Source: a bacterium
Lineage (GTDB): Bacteria > Chloroflexota > Dormibacteria > Aeolococcales > Bog-877
Direction of reading: 5' to 3'
DNA length: 64,000 bases
NCBI GenBank assembly: GCA_021816695.1
Contig: JAKAXE010000004.1
Location: 61 to 64,060, forward strand
This document shows, one piece after another, positions 9,491 through 19,276 of the stretch (position 1 is the first letter of the stretch; each line of letters begins with the position of its first letter). The position numbers were made by a program, and so were the translations under genes. Below the pieces are notes generated by a model that did not search any database, was not told where the DNA came from, and saw only the letters and a list, made by a program, of their open reading frames with translations.

Positions 9491-10291
9491 TCAGTGGGCG
9501 ACCCAGCCTCCATCGATCGGGAGCGCGGCACCGGTGATCGTGGCCGCTTGGGGTCCACAGAGGAAGACGGTGAGCTCGCCCACCTGTTCTGGGGTGGTGA
9601 AGCGGCTGAGGGGCTGAGTCTCGGCCAGCATCTGCCGCTTGGCCTCCTCGATGGATGTGCCGGCCGCCTCAGCCCGCTCCTCGAGCTGGCGCGCCACCAG
9701 GGGGGTGAGCACCCAGCCGGGGCAGATCGCGTTCACGGTAACCCCGGAGTCGGCGGCCTCGATGGCGGCCACCTTGGTGGCCCCGACCACCCCGTGCTTG
9801 GCGGCGACGTAGGCGACCTTGCTGCCGCTGGCAACCAGCCCGTGGGCAGAGGCGATGTTCACGATCCGTCCCCAGCCTCGCTCTTCCATCACGGGAAGGG
9901 CGTAGCGCATCCCGTAGAAGACCCCGGAGAGGTTGACAGCGATGATCCTCTCCCACCTCTCCAGGGGGAACTCGGTGAGCCTCGCCACATGCTGGAGGCC
10001 GGCATTGTTCACCAGGATGTCCAGTCCCCCGAACTCTGCCACCGCCGCCGCCACCATTGCCGCCACCGCCTGCGGGTCGGCGACGTCCGCACCATGGTGC
10101 CGGACAGGGACTTTGAACTCGTTCTCCAACCCGAGCCGGAGTGCCTCCACCGTGGCCGGATCGCCGAACCCGTTGAGCATCACCGCCGACCCGGAGCGGG
10201 CCAGAGCTCTGGCTATCCCCCAGCCGATCCCGCTCGTGGAACCGGTGACGATGGCCACTCGCCCGTTCAGCTGCTCAGCCTCCACCACCAT
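9491..10291 (-). CDS. bdhA: 3-hydroxybutyrate dehydrogenase (SDR)
   Basis: TGSTSGIG, LNGFGD, NNAGLQHVA, YVAAKHG; SD GGAGG upstream of ATG 10291. Confidence 0.88.
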   Translation of the reverse strand: MVVEAEQLNGRVAIVTGSTSGIGWGIARALARSGSAVMLNGFGDPATVEALRLGLENEFKVPVRHHGADVADPQAVAAMVAAAVAEFGGLDILVNNAGLQHVARLTEFPLERWERIIAVNLSGVFYGMRYALPVMEERGWGRIVNIASAHGLVASGSKVAYVAAKHGVVGATKVAAIEAADSGVTVNAICPGWVLTPLVARQLEERAEAAGTSIEEAKRQMLAETQPLSRFTTPEQVGELTVFLCGPQAATITGAALPIDGGWVAH

Positions 10292-11801
10292 GGGCCTCCT
10301 CCCAGCGCTCGCGGAGTGCGCTCCGCCGGACCTTCCCCCCCTCAGTGGCGCGGGGAAGCTCCGCCACCACCACGACTTCCTTCGGCACCTTGAAGCCGGC
10401 CAGCCGTCCCCGCGCGAATCGGACCAGCTGCTGGGCATCGATCTCCGCTCCCTCCTTGGTGATGACGAAGGCGACTCCAACCTCCCCCCACCGAGAGTCG
10501 GGAACGCCCACCACCACCGCCTCGGCAACCTGGGGGTGGCTGGCGAGGACCTGCTCGACCTCGGCGGGGTACACGTTCTCGCCCCCGGAGATGTACATCT
10601 CACTGAGCCGTCCGAGCAACCAGTAGAAGCCGTCCTGGTCGCGCTCCGCCAGGTCCCCGGTGTGGAGCCAGCCCTGGGAGAGAGCCGCTGCCGTCGCCTC
10701 GGGCCTTCCCCAGTAACCCTGGAAGACGTTGGGGCCCCGCACCAGGAGCTCTCCCCTCCCGGGCCCGTCCAGCAGGGGCGGATCGAGGTCCTCCCCATGC
10801 GCCCGCTCCAGCGCCACCTCCACGTGGAGGTAGGGCCTGCCAGCCGAGCCGACCTTGGTGCGGCTGTACTCGGGCGGCACGCACAGCACGTTGGGCGAGG
10901 CCTCTGTCAGGCCGTAACCCTGAAGCACCGTCACCCCGCGGTCCAGCCAGAGCTCCAAGAGTCCTCTCGGCATGGCGGCGCCGCCGACGACCACCATCCG
11001 CAGGCTGGTGAGGTCAGTGGCGCCGAAGGCCGGATGCTCGGAGAGGAACAGGTAGTTGGTGGGGACGCCCATCATGGTGGTGACTCGGCGCTCGGCGATC
11101 AGGGCGAGGACCCGGCCGGCGTCGAAGCGGGGCTCCAAGAGCAAGCGGGCGCCGTGCCAGATGGCCTGCAGTGGCTGGACGTTCCACCCCCCGACGTGGG
11201 ACTGGGGGAGCACTTGGAGCACCACGTCGCTGCCCGCCAGCTCCGCGGTACGGTCGAGGCTCAGATTGGTCCAGAAGCAGTTGGACTGGGTCAGGACCGC
11301 TCCCTTGGGGGCTCCCGTGGTCCCTGAGGTGTAGATGATGAGCAGGGGATCGGAGCCGCGAGGCGGCGGAGTGGTCACCAGCCGAGAGGACGCCTCCTCG
11401 AGGTCGGAGAGCGGCAGCACCCGGACCTCGGGCCCGGATGCGGCCGCCTGGGCCGCCTCCTCGAGCTCACTGCCACTGAGCAGCAGGGTGGCTCCGCAGT
11501 CCCTCAACTGGAACTCCAGCTCCGGGGCCGCCAGCCGCCAGTTCAGCGGCACCATGATCAGCCGGGAGGAGGCGCAGGCGAAGAGTAGGGCGATCTGGTC
11601 GGGGCTGTTCTGGGACAGGGTGGCAATCCGGTCGCCGGGGCGCAGGCCCAGCGCCGCCAGTGCCGCCTGGATCGTGGCCGTACGGAGGGCCAGCTCCCGA
11701 TAGGTAAGAGATCCACCTCCGAACTCGACGGCCACCCGGTCGGGGGTCAGTGCGGCCCGTTGCGGGAGCCAGTCCGCGATGGTCGTCTCACCCTGGACCA
11801 T
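10275..11801 (-). CDS. Acyl-CoA synthetase (AMP-forming, FadD/MenE-like)
   Basis: YTSGTTGAPKG, QGYGLTE, HTGDL, YISGGENVYPAEVE. Confidence 0.92.
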   Translation of the reverse strand: MVQGETTIADWLPQRAALTPDRVAVEFGGGSLTYRELALRTATIQAALAALGLRPGDRIATLSQNSPDQIALLFACASSRLIMVPLNWRLAAPELEFQLRDCGATLLLSGSELEEAAQAAASGPEVRVLPLSDLEEASSRLVTTPPPRGSDPLLIIYTSGTTGAPKGAVLTQSNCFWTNLSLDRTAELAGSDVVLQVLPQSHVGGWNVQPLQAIWHGARLLLEPRFDAGRVLALIAERRVTTMMGVPTNYLFLSEHPAFGATDLTSLRMVVVGGAAMPRGLLELWLDRGVTVLQGYGLTEASPNVLCVPPEYSRTKVGSAGRPYLHVEVALERAHGEDLDPPLLDGPGRGELLVRGPNVFQGYWGRPEATAAALSQGWLHTGDLAERDQDGFYWLLGRLSEMYISGGENVYPAEVEQVLASHPQVAEAVVVGVPDSRWGEVGVAFVITKEGAEIDAQQLVRFARGRLAGFKVPKEVVVVAELPRATEGGKVRRSALRERWEEAHGGGG

Positions 11802-11803
11802 CC

Positions 11804-12811
11804 TCAGCCCCAGGTGATCACGGTCGCCGCCCAGGTGTACCCCGTGCCGGCGGCGATGAGGAGCAGGTTCTGCCCGGCGCGCAGATGGCCGGCGCGTGCC
11901 AGGCGGTCGAGGCCCAGGATCGGATCAGCACCACTCAGGTGGCCGGTGTCCTCCAGGTAGATCGATCTCTCGGGGGAGGACCCCAGGGCCGCGAGCAGGG
12001 AGGTGTGCATCGAGCGCTTCATGTGGATGGGCAGGACCCAGTCCACCTGGTCGAGGGTCAGCCCGGAACGAAGCAGTGCCTCCTTCGCGACCGCCACGAA
12101 GTTGGGCAGGCTCACCTCGCCCAGGCGGGCCCTCATCCCCTCGAGGTCCTCCACGTCGAGGAAGTGGAGGCGCTGGTCCACCGTGAGGTGAGAGGCGGGA
12201 AGCGCCGATCCCCCGGCGGGGATCTTGACGTGCTGGCTTAGCGTACCGTCGGTGAGCGTGCTCGAGCCGCGGACTAGGTTGTGCGGGTGGTCCCGGGTCA
12301 GGAGGGCTGCCACCGCCCCGTCCCCGAAGTTGAACATGAAGCGCGAGCGCTGGTTGGCGTAGTCGAGGAGCCGGGACTCACAGCTGGCGGCCACCATGAG
12401 GATGGTTCCCGCTCCCGGGTCGGACGAGGCCAGCGCCTTGGCCACGCGGAGCGCCACCGGGGCTCCGCAGGAGACGTAGTCGAGCTCCAGGGCGAACGCC
12501 CTACGGCAGCCGAGCCGCTCCTTGACCCGCGGAGCCGCCTGCCAGACCGGATAGTCCTTCCAGGTGGAGCCGAAGTACAGGACGGCATCCACGTCCAGCG
12601 GGTCGACGCCTTGCTCCTGCAATAGAGTGCGTCCAGCCTCGACTGCCATGGTGCTGGGGTGCTCCTCGGGACCGGCGAGGTGTTTGCCCGAGATCCCGAA
12701 CCGCCCGACCAGGACCTCTTCTGGGATGCCGCTGAGAACCGAGAGTTCGGCCGCCGGTAACCAGCCCTCGGGCAGGTAGTGGGCCGTTGCGACCAGCCCC
12801 ACCTCAGCCAT
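11804..12811 (-). CDS. 3-oxoacyl-ACP synthase III-like (FabH fold) condensing/acyltransferase
   Basis: Catalytic Cys in YVSCGA, FGDGAVA, His in PIHMK, GHLSGAD and AAGTGYTW. Confidence 0.85.
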   Translation of the reverse strand: MAEVGLVATAHYLPEGWLPAAELSVLSGIPEEVLVGRFGISGKHLAGPEEHPSTMAVEAGRTLLQEQGVDPLDVDAVLYFGSTWKDYPVWQAAPRVKERLGCRRAFALELDYVSCGAPVALRVAKALASSDPGAGTILMVAASCESRLLDYANQRSRFMFNFGDGAVAALLTRDHPHNLVRGSSTLTDGTLSQHVKIPAGGSALPASHLTVDQRLHFLDVEDLEGMRARLGEVSLPNFVAVAKEALLRSGLTLDQVDWVLPIHMKRSMHTSLLAALGSSPERSIYLEDTGHLSGADPILGLDRLARAGHLRAGQNLLLIAAGTGYTWAATVITWG

Positions 12812-13472
12812 TTGGCCCCTCCCCCTCCCCGGCAGGGGCAGCCGCGACGCCGAGGGCCCGGGCCACGAACGCCATGGTCCGGTCGAGGATCTCCGGCGGG
12901 ACGGCCTTGGCCTCGTCCCAGAGGATCCAGCGCATGCCGATCATCTCGCCCACCGCCATCAGGGCCCAGGCGGTGACTTCGGGGTCTGCTTCGGCGATCT
13001 CGCCCCGGGCGGAGGCCAAGCGCAGCGCCTCAGCGTAGCCGTCGGCGATGTGCTCATAGTGCCAGTGGAGCATGCGCGGCGAGGCGAACTCGGCCTGGCG
13101 GATCACCCGGTATAGCGCCGGGTGGTCCGCGGTGAAGCGGAAGAAGGCCTGGAAACCGAGGCGCTCCGCCTCGAGGCGGTCACGTCCGTGGCCGGAGGCA
13201 ACGGACATGGCGTGGCGCACCCGACGGCTGAGGTCCGCCACCAGCTCTTCGAAGACCGCCTGCTTGCCGTCGAAATAGCGGTAGAAGGTGCCCTGGGCGA
13301 CCCCGGCCAGCTCGGTGATCTTGGCCACGGAGGCGTCGTGGTATCCGAGTTCGCCAAAGACCTGCTCCGCGGCACCCAGCAGCCGTTCCCTGGTGCGCGC
13401 CCCCTTGGTGCCGGCAGCAGCCGCCACGGCCGCGACCGCCACTCCGCCCGAGCCGACCCGCACCCGGCTCAT
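12804..13472 (-). CDS. TetR-family transcriptional regulator
   Basis: HTH ASVAKITELAGVAQGTFYRYFDGK. Confidence 0.92.
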   Translation of the reverse strand: MSRVRVGSGGVAVAAVAAAAGTKGARTRERLLGAAEQVFGELGYHDASVAKITELAGVAQGTFYRYFDGKQAVFEELVADLSRRVRHAMSVASGHGRDRLEAERLGFQAFFRFTADHPALYRVIRQAEFASPRMLHWHYEHIADGYAEALRLASARGEIAEADPEVTAWALMAVGEMIGMRWILWDEAKAVPPEILDRTMAFVARALGVAAAPAGEGEGPNG

Positions 13473-14551
13473 GTTCGGCCCCCGAGAAAGCGGCCCACCA
13501 CGGCCGCGAACTCCTCGGGGTGCTCGAGATGGGGTGAGTGCCCGCAGTCAGCCAGCACCACCTCTTCTACCCTGGTACCGGCCTTACGGCACTCGGTGAG
13601 CACCGCCCTCGTCTGGGTCACCATGGGTTGGGCTGGGTAAACCTCAGCTCCGGGCCATCCGGGGATCAGCCCCAGCTCTGCCAGGTGCCCGATCTCGCTG
13701 AGGGACTGGTCCGACACGATCTGGTCATCGGCACCGCGGACCCAGAGGATGTCAGGCCCGGGCCGCAGCTCGGCAATGGCGCTCAGGTCGCAGTAGCGGG
13801 GCGAGATGGAGTTGACCACCCCCCGGGTCCCGGGGGCGACGTAGGGCCAGTGCGGGCTGGGCTCGCTGTCGCCCGGATAGTTGCCATCCCCGATCACAGT
13901 CGACAGCATGGCGCTGAGCAACTCCTCCTCCCACTCCGGTGGCAACCGCCTGCCGGGCTTCATGTACAGGGTATTCATCACCCGGCGGGGAGAGAGGTCG
14001 CTCTCTTCGCTCCGATCCGCGGCCGCCAGACGGCGGACCAGCTCGGGGTTGGCGGTGCCCCCGCCCGAGCCGGCAAAGTCCGGCCAGCAGGGGGTGCCAT
14101 CCGCGTCTCGGGTGCCCCCGAATCCCCGGGGGGACATCGGGCTCTCCAGAACCAGGGCGGAGACCATGCTGGGGTGATCCATTGCGAACTGCAGCGCGAC
14201 TCCGCCCCCCATGGACCACCCGAGGATGGGAAGCGGCTGACCCGGAGCGGTGACCTCAGCAACTCTCAGGAATTCGAAGAGATCATCGCCGAAGTCGCGC
14301 AAGCCGCGAGTGGCGTCAACCGGAAGCGCCTCCGAGCCGCCGAAGCCACGGAGGTCGGGCGCCCACACCCTCCACTCTCCCGCCAGCCGCAGTATCAGGT
14401 CCTGAAAGAAGCGCGCGCAGGAGACGTTTCCGTGGATCAGCACCAGCGCCGGCGCCGCGGGCGGACCGGCCACCAGGGCCTGCATCCGGACCCGCGGGGT
14501 CGGCACGGTCACCCGCTCGATCTCTGCAATCCGGCCGAGGTCGTGCATCAT
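13469..14551 (-). CDS. Alpha/beta-fold hydrolase (esterase/depolymerase-like)
   Basis: LIHGN oxyanion loop, GWSMGG nucleophile elbow, GHSPHLE; ATGA overlap with the upstream permease. Confidence 0.9.
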   Translation of the reverse strand: MMHDLGRIAEIERVTVPTPRVRMQALVAGPPAAPALVLIHGNVSCARFFQDLILRLAGEWRVWAPDLRGFGGSEALPVDATRGLRDFGDDLFEFLRVAEVTAPGQPLPILGWSMGGGVALQFAMDHPSMVSALVLESPMSPRGFGGTRDADGTPCWPDFAGSGGGTANPELVRRLAAADRSEESDLSPRRVMNTLYMKPGRRLPPEWEEELLSAMLSTVIGDGNYPGDSEPSPHWPYVAPGTRGVVNSISPRYCDLSAIAELRPGPDILWVRGADDQIVSDQSLSEIGHLAELGLIPGWPGAEVYPAQPMVTQTRAVLTECRKAGTRVEEVVLADCGHSPHLEHPEEFAAVVGRFLGGRT

Positions 14552-15660
14552 GAGGGGGCCTCCTTGACATGACTCGCCCGCCGGGGCAGGCGCTGCGCCA
14601 GACCGGCGAGCCCGCCGGGAACGAAGATGACGAACAAGATGAAGATGGCCCCCAGCAAGAAATCGGGCTGGGAGAGGGGGATCCGCAGTGGCCCGGGAAG
14701 GCTGGCGAAGGCTGGGAGGCCGCTGAAGCCGAGCAGGTACTGCTGCAGGTAGACGTACACCATGGCTCCCAGCGCCGGGCCCCAGAGGCTGCCGGCTCCG
14801 CCCAGCACCACCATCACCAGGATGGAGACGGTCACCGAGGTGGAGGCCACACTCGTGGGCGCGGCGGTTCCGACCAGAAGCAGATAGACGACCCCCCCGG
14901 CGCTGGACACCACGGACGAGAGGACGAATGAGGCCAGCTTGAACGGGAATGGCCGGTAACCCATGACCTCGACCCGTAGCTGATTGTCTCGGATGGCCGT
15001 CCACACCAGCCCTGCGGCCGAGCTGGAAGCCCACCAGGCCAGCAGCAGCGCCACCACCAGGTAGCCTAGTGCCACCCAGTACAGATTAGGCGTGTTGGCG
15101 ACCCCCACCAGAAAGCCGGGGAGCCGGGAGCTGGAGAGGACCAGCCCGGTGTCGCCGCCGGTCAGGCCCAGAGGATTGGACTGGGCGAGGAAGTAGCCCG
15201 CCTGGGCGAAGGCCAGGGTGACCATGGCGAAGGCGATTCCCCCCACTCTGAGGCAGATGGACCCCAGGGCCAGCGCCACGACGATGGCGGAGGCAAGCGT
15301 GAGCACGAGTGCCGGCCCGGGCGACCAGCCCCAGTCCGAGATCGCGATGTCGAACACGTAGACGCCTAGGGCGAAGTACAGCGCGGGCCCGAACGAGAGC
15401 AGACCGGTACGGCCGAAGAGGACGTCGTATCCCACCGCCACTCCGGCGAAAACCAGGCAGAGCCCCAGGACCTGCAGGGTCCCTGCGGAGTTGACCGGCG
15501 CCGCCGGCCCAGGCATGAGGCCGGGAACCGAGAACCCCAACAGGGGCACCACGGCGAGCAGTACCAGGACGACGGCAAGAACCCCCCGGGGCAGGCGGCT
15601 AGACGGCCCACCTGTGAGCCGGGCCCTGAGGGCGGCCAGCTGGGGGCTGAGCGGCCTCAT
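14548..15660 (-). CDS. Branched-chain amino acid-type ABC permease (LivM-like)
   Basis: GRTGLLSFG, IAFAMVTLAFAQ, GGDTGL, VVLGGAGSLWG. Confidence 0.9.
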   Translation of the reverse strand: MRPLSPQLAALRARLTGGPSSRLPRGVLAVVLVLLAVVPLLGFSVPGLMPGPAAPVNSAGTLQVLGLCLVFAGVAVGYDVLFGRTGLLSFGPALYFALGVYVFDIAISDWGWSPGPALVLTLASAIVVALALGSICLRVGGIAFAMVTLAFAQAGYFLAQSNPLGLTGGDTGLVLSSSRLPGFLVGVANTPNLYWVALGYLVVALLLAWWASSSAAGLVWTAIRDNQLRVEVMGYRPFPFKLASFVLSSVVSSAGGVVYLLLVGTAAPTSVASTSVTVSILVMVVLGGAGSLWGPALGAMVYVYLQQYLLGFSGLPAFASLPGPLRIPLSQPDFLLGAIFILFVIFVPGGLAGLAQRLPRRASHVKEAPS

Positions 15661-16559
15661 CGCGCCTCTCCCATGAGCCCGGAGGGGCGCACCAGGAGCA
15701 CCACCGCCAGGAGCAACACCACCGAGATGCTGCCCATCTGAGCGAGCCCGCCGGTGCCCGCGTAGAAGCTGACGTAGTCCTGGAGCATCCCCACCATCAC
15801 GGCGGCGAGGGCCGAGCCCCAGAGCGACCCCAGGCCGCCAATCACGACCACGATGAAGGCAAAGATCAAGAGCGAGTCGCCCTGGGTGGGGCTCACCAGG
15901 GCCCCGGAGAACACCACGCTGTTGAGGATCCCAGCCAGGCCGGCCGCCGCCCCCCCGATCACGAAGACCAGGGTGAAGGCTCGGCGGACGTTGATCCCCA
16001 GGGCCGCGACCATGTCCCGGTTCTCCACCCCGGCCCGAATGATCAGTCCATAGCGGGCGTGGCCCAGGAACCAGACCAAACCGAGCAGTACGGCGGCCCC
16101 CGCTCCCAAGGCCACGAAGTCAGCATTGGGCAGGATTTCGGGCCCAACGCGCGTGGCCCCCGCGAGCCACGAGGGAACCGGAACCGCCTGGGAGTTGCTT
16201 CCGAAAACTCCCAGCAGCAGCGCCACCACCACCAGGTCGAGTCCCACGGTGACCAGGATCTGGCTGACCGGGCGGCGATAGAGAGGCCGGATCAGGGCCA
16301 CCTCCGTGGCCCCGGCGATGACCGCCCCGGCCAGCACCGCCACCACCACCGCGACCAGGAAGCGCTCGGGGGCGCTCACCGACGCCGGAAGGTGTGTGGC
16401 GGTCACCCAGGCCGCGTAGGCGCCTACGGTGAGGAAGGCACCGTGGGCGAAGTTGAGCACCTCCATCAGTCCGTAGATCAACGAGAGGCCGGAGGCCACC
16501 AGGAAGTAGATCGCGCCCAGCGCCAGGCCGCTGAAGCTGATGGCGATGAAGGTGCTCAC
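15657..16559 (-). CDS. Branched-chain amino acid-type ABC permease (LivH-like)
   Basis: GLSLIYGLMEVLNFAHG, VVVIGGLGS, RPSGLMG. Confidence 0.92.
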   Translation of the reverse strand: MSTFIAISFSGLALGAIYFLVASGLSLIYGLMEVLNFAHGAFLTVGAYAAWVTATHLPASVSAPERFLVAVVVAVLAGAVIAGATEVALIRPLYRRPVSQILVTVGLDLVVVALLLGVFGSNSQAVPVPSWLAGATRVGPEILPNADFVALGAGAAVLLGLVWFLGHARYGLIIRAGVENRDMVAALGINVRRAFTLVFVIGGAAAGLAGILNSVVFSGALVSPTQGDSLLIFAFIVVVIGGLGSLWGSALAAVMVGMLQDYVSFYAGTGGLAQMGSISVVLLLAVVLLVRPSGLMGEAR

Positions 16560-17266
16560 TCTGGCCCCGAGACCCCAACCAACCGCCGCGCCAGGTTCTC
16601 ATCACTGAGCTCGTCCGCGGGCCCCTCGTGGACCACCTCACCGTGGTCCAGGACCAGCACTCGCTGCGCCAGGCGGCGGACGACGTGCACGTTCTGCTCG
16701 ACGAGGAGAATCGTCGCCGAGGAGCTGAGCTGCGCCAGCACTTCGACCACCTCGCCCACCAACTTGGGGGCTAACCCTTTGGTGGGCTCGTCCACTAGCA
16801 GCAGGGGGCGGACCCGAAGCAGAACCCGGGCGATCGCCAGCATCTGCTGCTGCCCCCCGGAGAGAGTCCCGGCCGCCTGGCGGCCGCGCTCCTGTAACTC
16901 CGGAAACAGGGAGTACACCCGGGGATAGTCGCCGCTGAGCCCGGCCTCGGCGAGACGCAGATTTTCCGCCACCGTGAGGCGGGTGAATATCTCCCGCTCC
17001 TCGGGAACGTAGCCCACCCCGAGCTGGGCGATGCGGTGCGTGGGCCAGCCGCGGACCTCCTGACCCATGATCCTGGCCGACCCGGTGCTGGGAACGAGCC
17101 CCAGGAGGGCCTTCAAAGTCGTGGTCTTGCCCACCCCGTTCCGCCCCATCATGGCGGTGACCCCGCCCGCCGCCACGCTGAAGCTGACCCCTTGGAGGAT
17201 GTGCGCTCCCCCCAGCCGCACGTGAAGATCGCTGACCTCCAACATCGGGGGCGCCGAGCCGCTCAC
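16556..17266 (-). CDS. ABC ATP-binding protein (LivF-like)
   Basis: GRNGVGKTT, LSGGQQQMLAIAR, DEPTKGLAP. Confidence 0.92.
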   Translation of the reverse strand: MSGSAPPMLEVSDLHVRLGGAHILQGVSFSVAAGGVTAMMGRNGVGKTTTLKALLGLVPSTGSARIMGQEVRGWPTHRIAQLGVGYVPEEREIFTRLTVAENLRLAEAGLSGDYPRVYSLFPELQERGRQAAGTLSGGQQQMLAIARVLLRVRPLLLVDEPTKGLAPKLVGEVVEVLAQLSSSATILLVEQNVHVVRRLAQRVLVLDHGEVVHEGPADELSDENLARRLVGVSGPE

Positions 17267-18033
17267 AGTGGGTCGCCCAGGTAAACGGCCTGGACAGTGG
17301 TGTCGCTCGCCACTTCCTCGGGCGTGCCGCAGGTCAGCAGCCTGCCGTGGTGGAGGACGGCGACCCGGTCTACCAGTCCCATGACCACTGCCATGTGGTG
17401 CTCCACCATGAGCACGGTCCTCCCTCCCTGGCGGAGCCTGGCAATCAGCTGCACCAACTCCGGCACGTCTTCGCGGTTCACGCCGGCCATCGGCTCATCC
17501 AGCAGCAGGGTCCGCGCTCCGCCGGCCAGCAGTATGGCCAGCTCGACCTTACGTCGGTCCCCGTGGGACAGGGCCGCCACCGGGCGATCTGCCAACTTCT
17601 CCAGCCCCACTGCTCTCACCGCCTCCACGGCCAGGCCCTGGGCTGGATCACCCGGCCGCAGGCGTGCCCACCAATGGGGGTGGGCACCGGCCCGGGCTAG
17701 GGCCGCCAAGCGGGCGTGGTCCAGGGGAGAGAGTGCCGCAAACACGGTGGAGGATTGAAATGTCCGGCCTAACCCCAAGCGGGCTCTAGGAGCCGGCCCC
17801 AGCCCCGCCAGGTTGCGGCCCTCGATCTCGACCTGCCCCGCCGTCGGCGTGAGCAACCCCGAAAGTAGGTTGAACAACGTGGTCTTGCCCGCTCCATTAG
17901 GCCCAATTACGCCAAGGCACTCACCCTGGGCCACCTCCAAGTCAACGTCTTGGAGAATGTCCAGCCCCCCCACCCGGAAGCCCAGCCCTGAGAGCCGCAC
18001 CGCGGGCGGCTCAGGGCTGGGCCGTGCAGCCAC
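17263..18033 (-). CDS. ABC ATP-binding protein (LivG-like)
   Basis: GPNGAGKTT, LSHGDRR, LDEPMAG, VYLG C-terminus. Confidence 0.92.
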   Translation of the reverse strand: MAARPSPEPPAVRLSGLGFRVGGLDILQDVDLEVAQGECLGVIGPNGAGKTTLFNLLSGLLTPTAGQVEIEGRNLAGLGPAPRARLGLGRTFQSSTVFAALSPLDHARLAALARAGAHPHWWARLRPGDPAQGLAVEAVRAVGLEKLADRPVAALSHGDRRKVELAILLAGGARTLLLDEPMAGVNREDVPELVQLIARLRQGGRTVLMVEHHMAVVMGLVDRVAVLHHGRLLTCGTPEEVASDTTVQAVYLGDPL

Positions 18034-18036
18034 CGG

Positions 18037-19254
18037 TCAGTTGCTGAGGTGGGCCGCCACCGGCGGCGCGGTGTCTGCCGGGGTCAGGGTGCGCACCAGC
18101 TGGGGAACGAACAGCTGCGGGGTTTGCTCCACCAACTTGGCCTGGTACATGGGCTGGAGCATGGCATGGTCGGAGGGCCTGATCTGCTGCTCCCCCTTAG
18201 GCGCCAGGAAGCTCCAACCGGCCAGCCCCTTGATCATGGCGTTGACGTTGGTCCCACCTCCTGTCGCGATGGCCCGCGCCACCATCTGGGCGGCCACAAA
18301 GCCGTCGGGTGCAAAGAGGTCAGGCACCGTGTTGTACAGCTTCTTTTCCATCTTGACCAGGTAGAGGTTGGGGGCGTTGTGCGACGCCTGGTAGAAGTAC
18401 AGCGAAAGGTAGTCGAATTTGGTGCCCGTGGCGCCGTAGAACGGATAGGTCGCGATGTTGGCCAGCCCGGTTACCACCTTGACCCCGTTGAAGTCGCCCT
18501 GCTGGTCGAGGGCCTGGGCCAGCGGCGCCCCGGTCGTTCCGGCCCAGGCCAGGAAGATCAGGTTCGGGTTCAGCTGCTTGACCTGGAGGGCCGTGGGGGT
18601 GAAGTCCGTGGTGGTGAGCGGCACCAGCACGGGGACCACCGTGTCACCGAGAGCGGTGAACACCTGCTGGGCGTCCGTCACGTAGGACTGCCCAAAGGCA
18701 TAGTCCTGAGCCAGAACCACGATTTTCTGGCCCGGCCCGGCACTGGAGATAAAGGACTTCGCGGCCATCACGTCCTGGTAGGTCTGGCGTCCGGAGCGGA
18801 AGGTGTAGCGGTTCGCCCCGGTGATCTGATCCGCAGCCGCCGGACCGGAGATGTAAAGGACCTGGTTCTGCGCCGCCAGCGGTGCCAGCTGGGTGGCGAT
18901 CCCCGAGTCCACCGTCCCGCCGATGATCTTGTAGCCCTCGCCGACAAGGCTCTTGAAGTCGGTCACGGCGGTGGTCGCACTGTCGCCGTCGTCGGACCAG
19001 GTCACCTGCACCGGGTGGCCGTCCACCTTGCCGGTCCCGTTGGTGGCGTAGTCCATCCCGATGGTGAATCCCTGCCGGTACTCCTGCGCGTAGATGGAGT
19101 AGATGCCCGTGGCCTCGGTGAGCATCCCGACCTTCACCGGGGAAGAACCCGGAGAGCTCCCGGGGCTGGGGCTTGACCCGCCGCACCCGGCGATAGCCAG
19201 CGTAAGGCCCGCCGCCCCCGCGGCGGCTCCGAGGCGCCCTGTGCTCCAGCGCAT
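18037..19254 (-). CDS. Lipoprotein substrate-binding protein of the Liv-type ABC system
   Basis: Lipobox IAGC; YTFRSGR, AQDYAFG and IRPSDHAMLQP; SD GGGAGG before ATG 19254. Confidence 0.9.
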   Translation of the reverse strand: MRWSTGRLGAAAGAAGLTLAIAGCGGSSPSPGSSPGSSPVKVGMLTEATGIYSIYAQEYRQGFTIGMDYATNGTGKVDGHPVQVTWSDDGDSATTAVTDFKSLVGEGYKIIGGTVDSGIATQLAPLAAQNQVLYISGPAAADQITGANRYTFRSGRQTYQDVMAAKSFISSAGPGQKIVVLAQDYAFGQSYVTDAQQVFTALGDTVVPVLVPLTTTDFTPTALQVKQLNPNLIFLAWAGTTGAPLAQALDQQGDFNGVKVVTGLANIATYPFYGATGTKFDYLSLYFYQASHNAPNLYLVKMEKKLYNTVPDLFAPDGFVAAQMVARAIATGGGTNVNAMIKGLAGWSFLAPKGEQQIRPSDHAMLQPMYQAKLVEQTPQLFVPQLVRTLTPADTAPPVAAHLSN

Positions 19255-19276
19255 CCTGGTCCCTCCCAAAAGTGAG

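Noticed and set aside
17700-17960. Patch of A/T-ending codons (CTA, CTT, TTA, CAA) in livG suggesting recombination or foreign origin
   Set aside because: Short, not quantified, and with no mobility signature; a GC3 sliding-window analysis would be needed.
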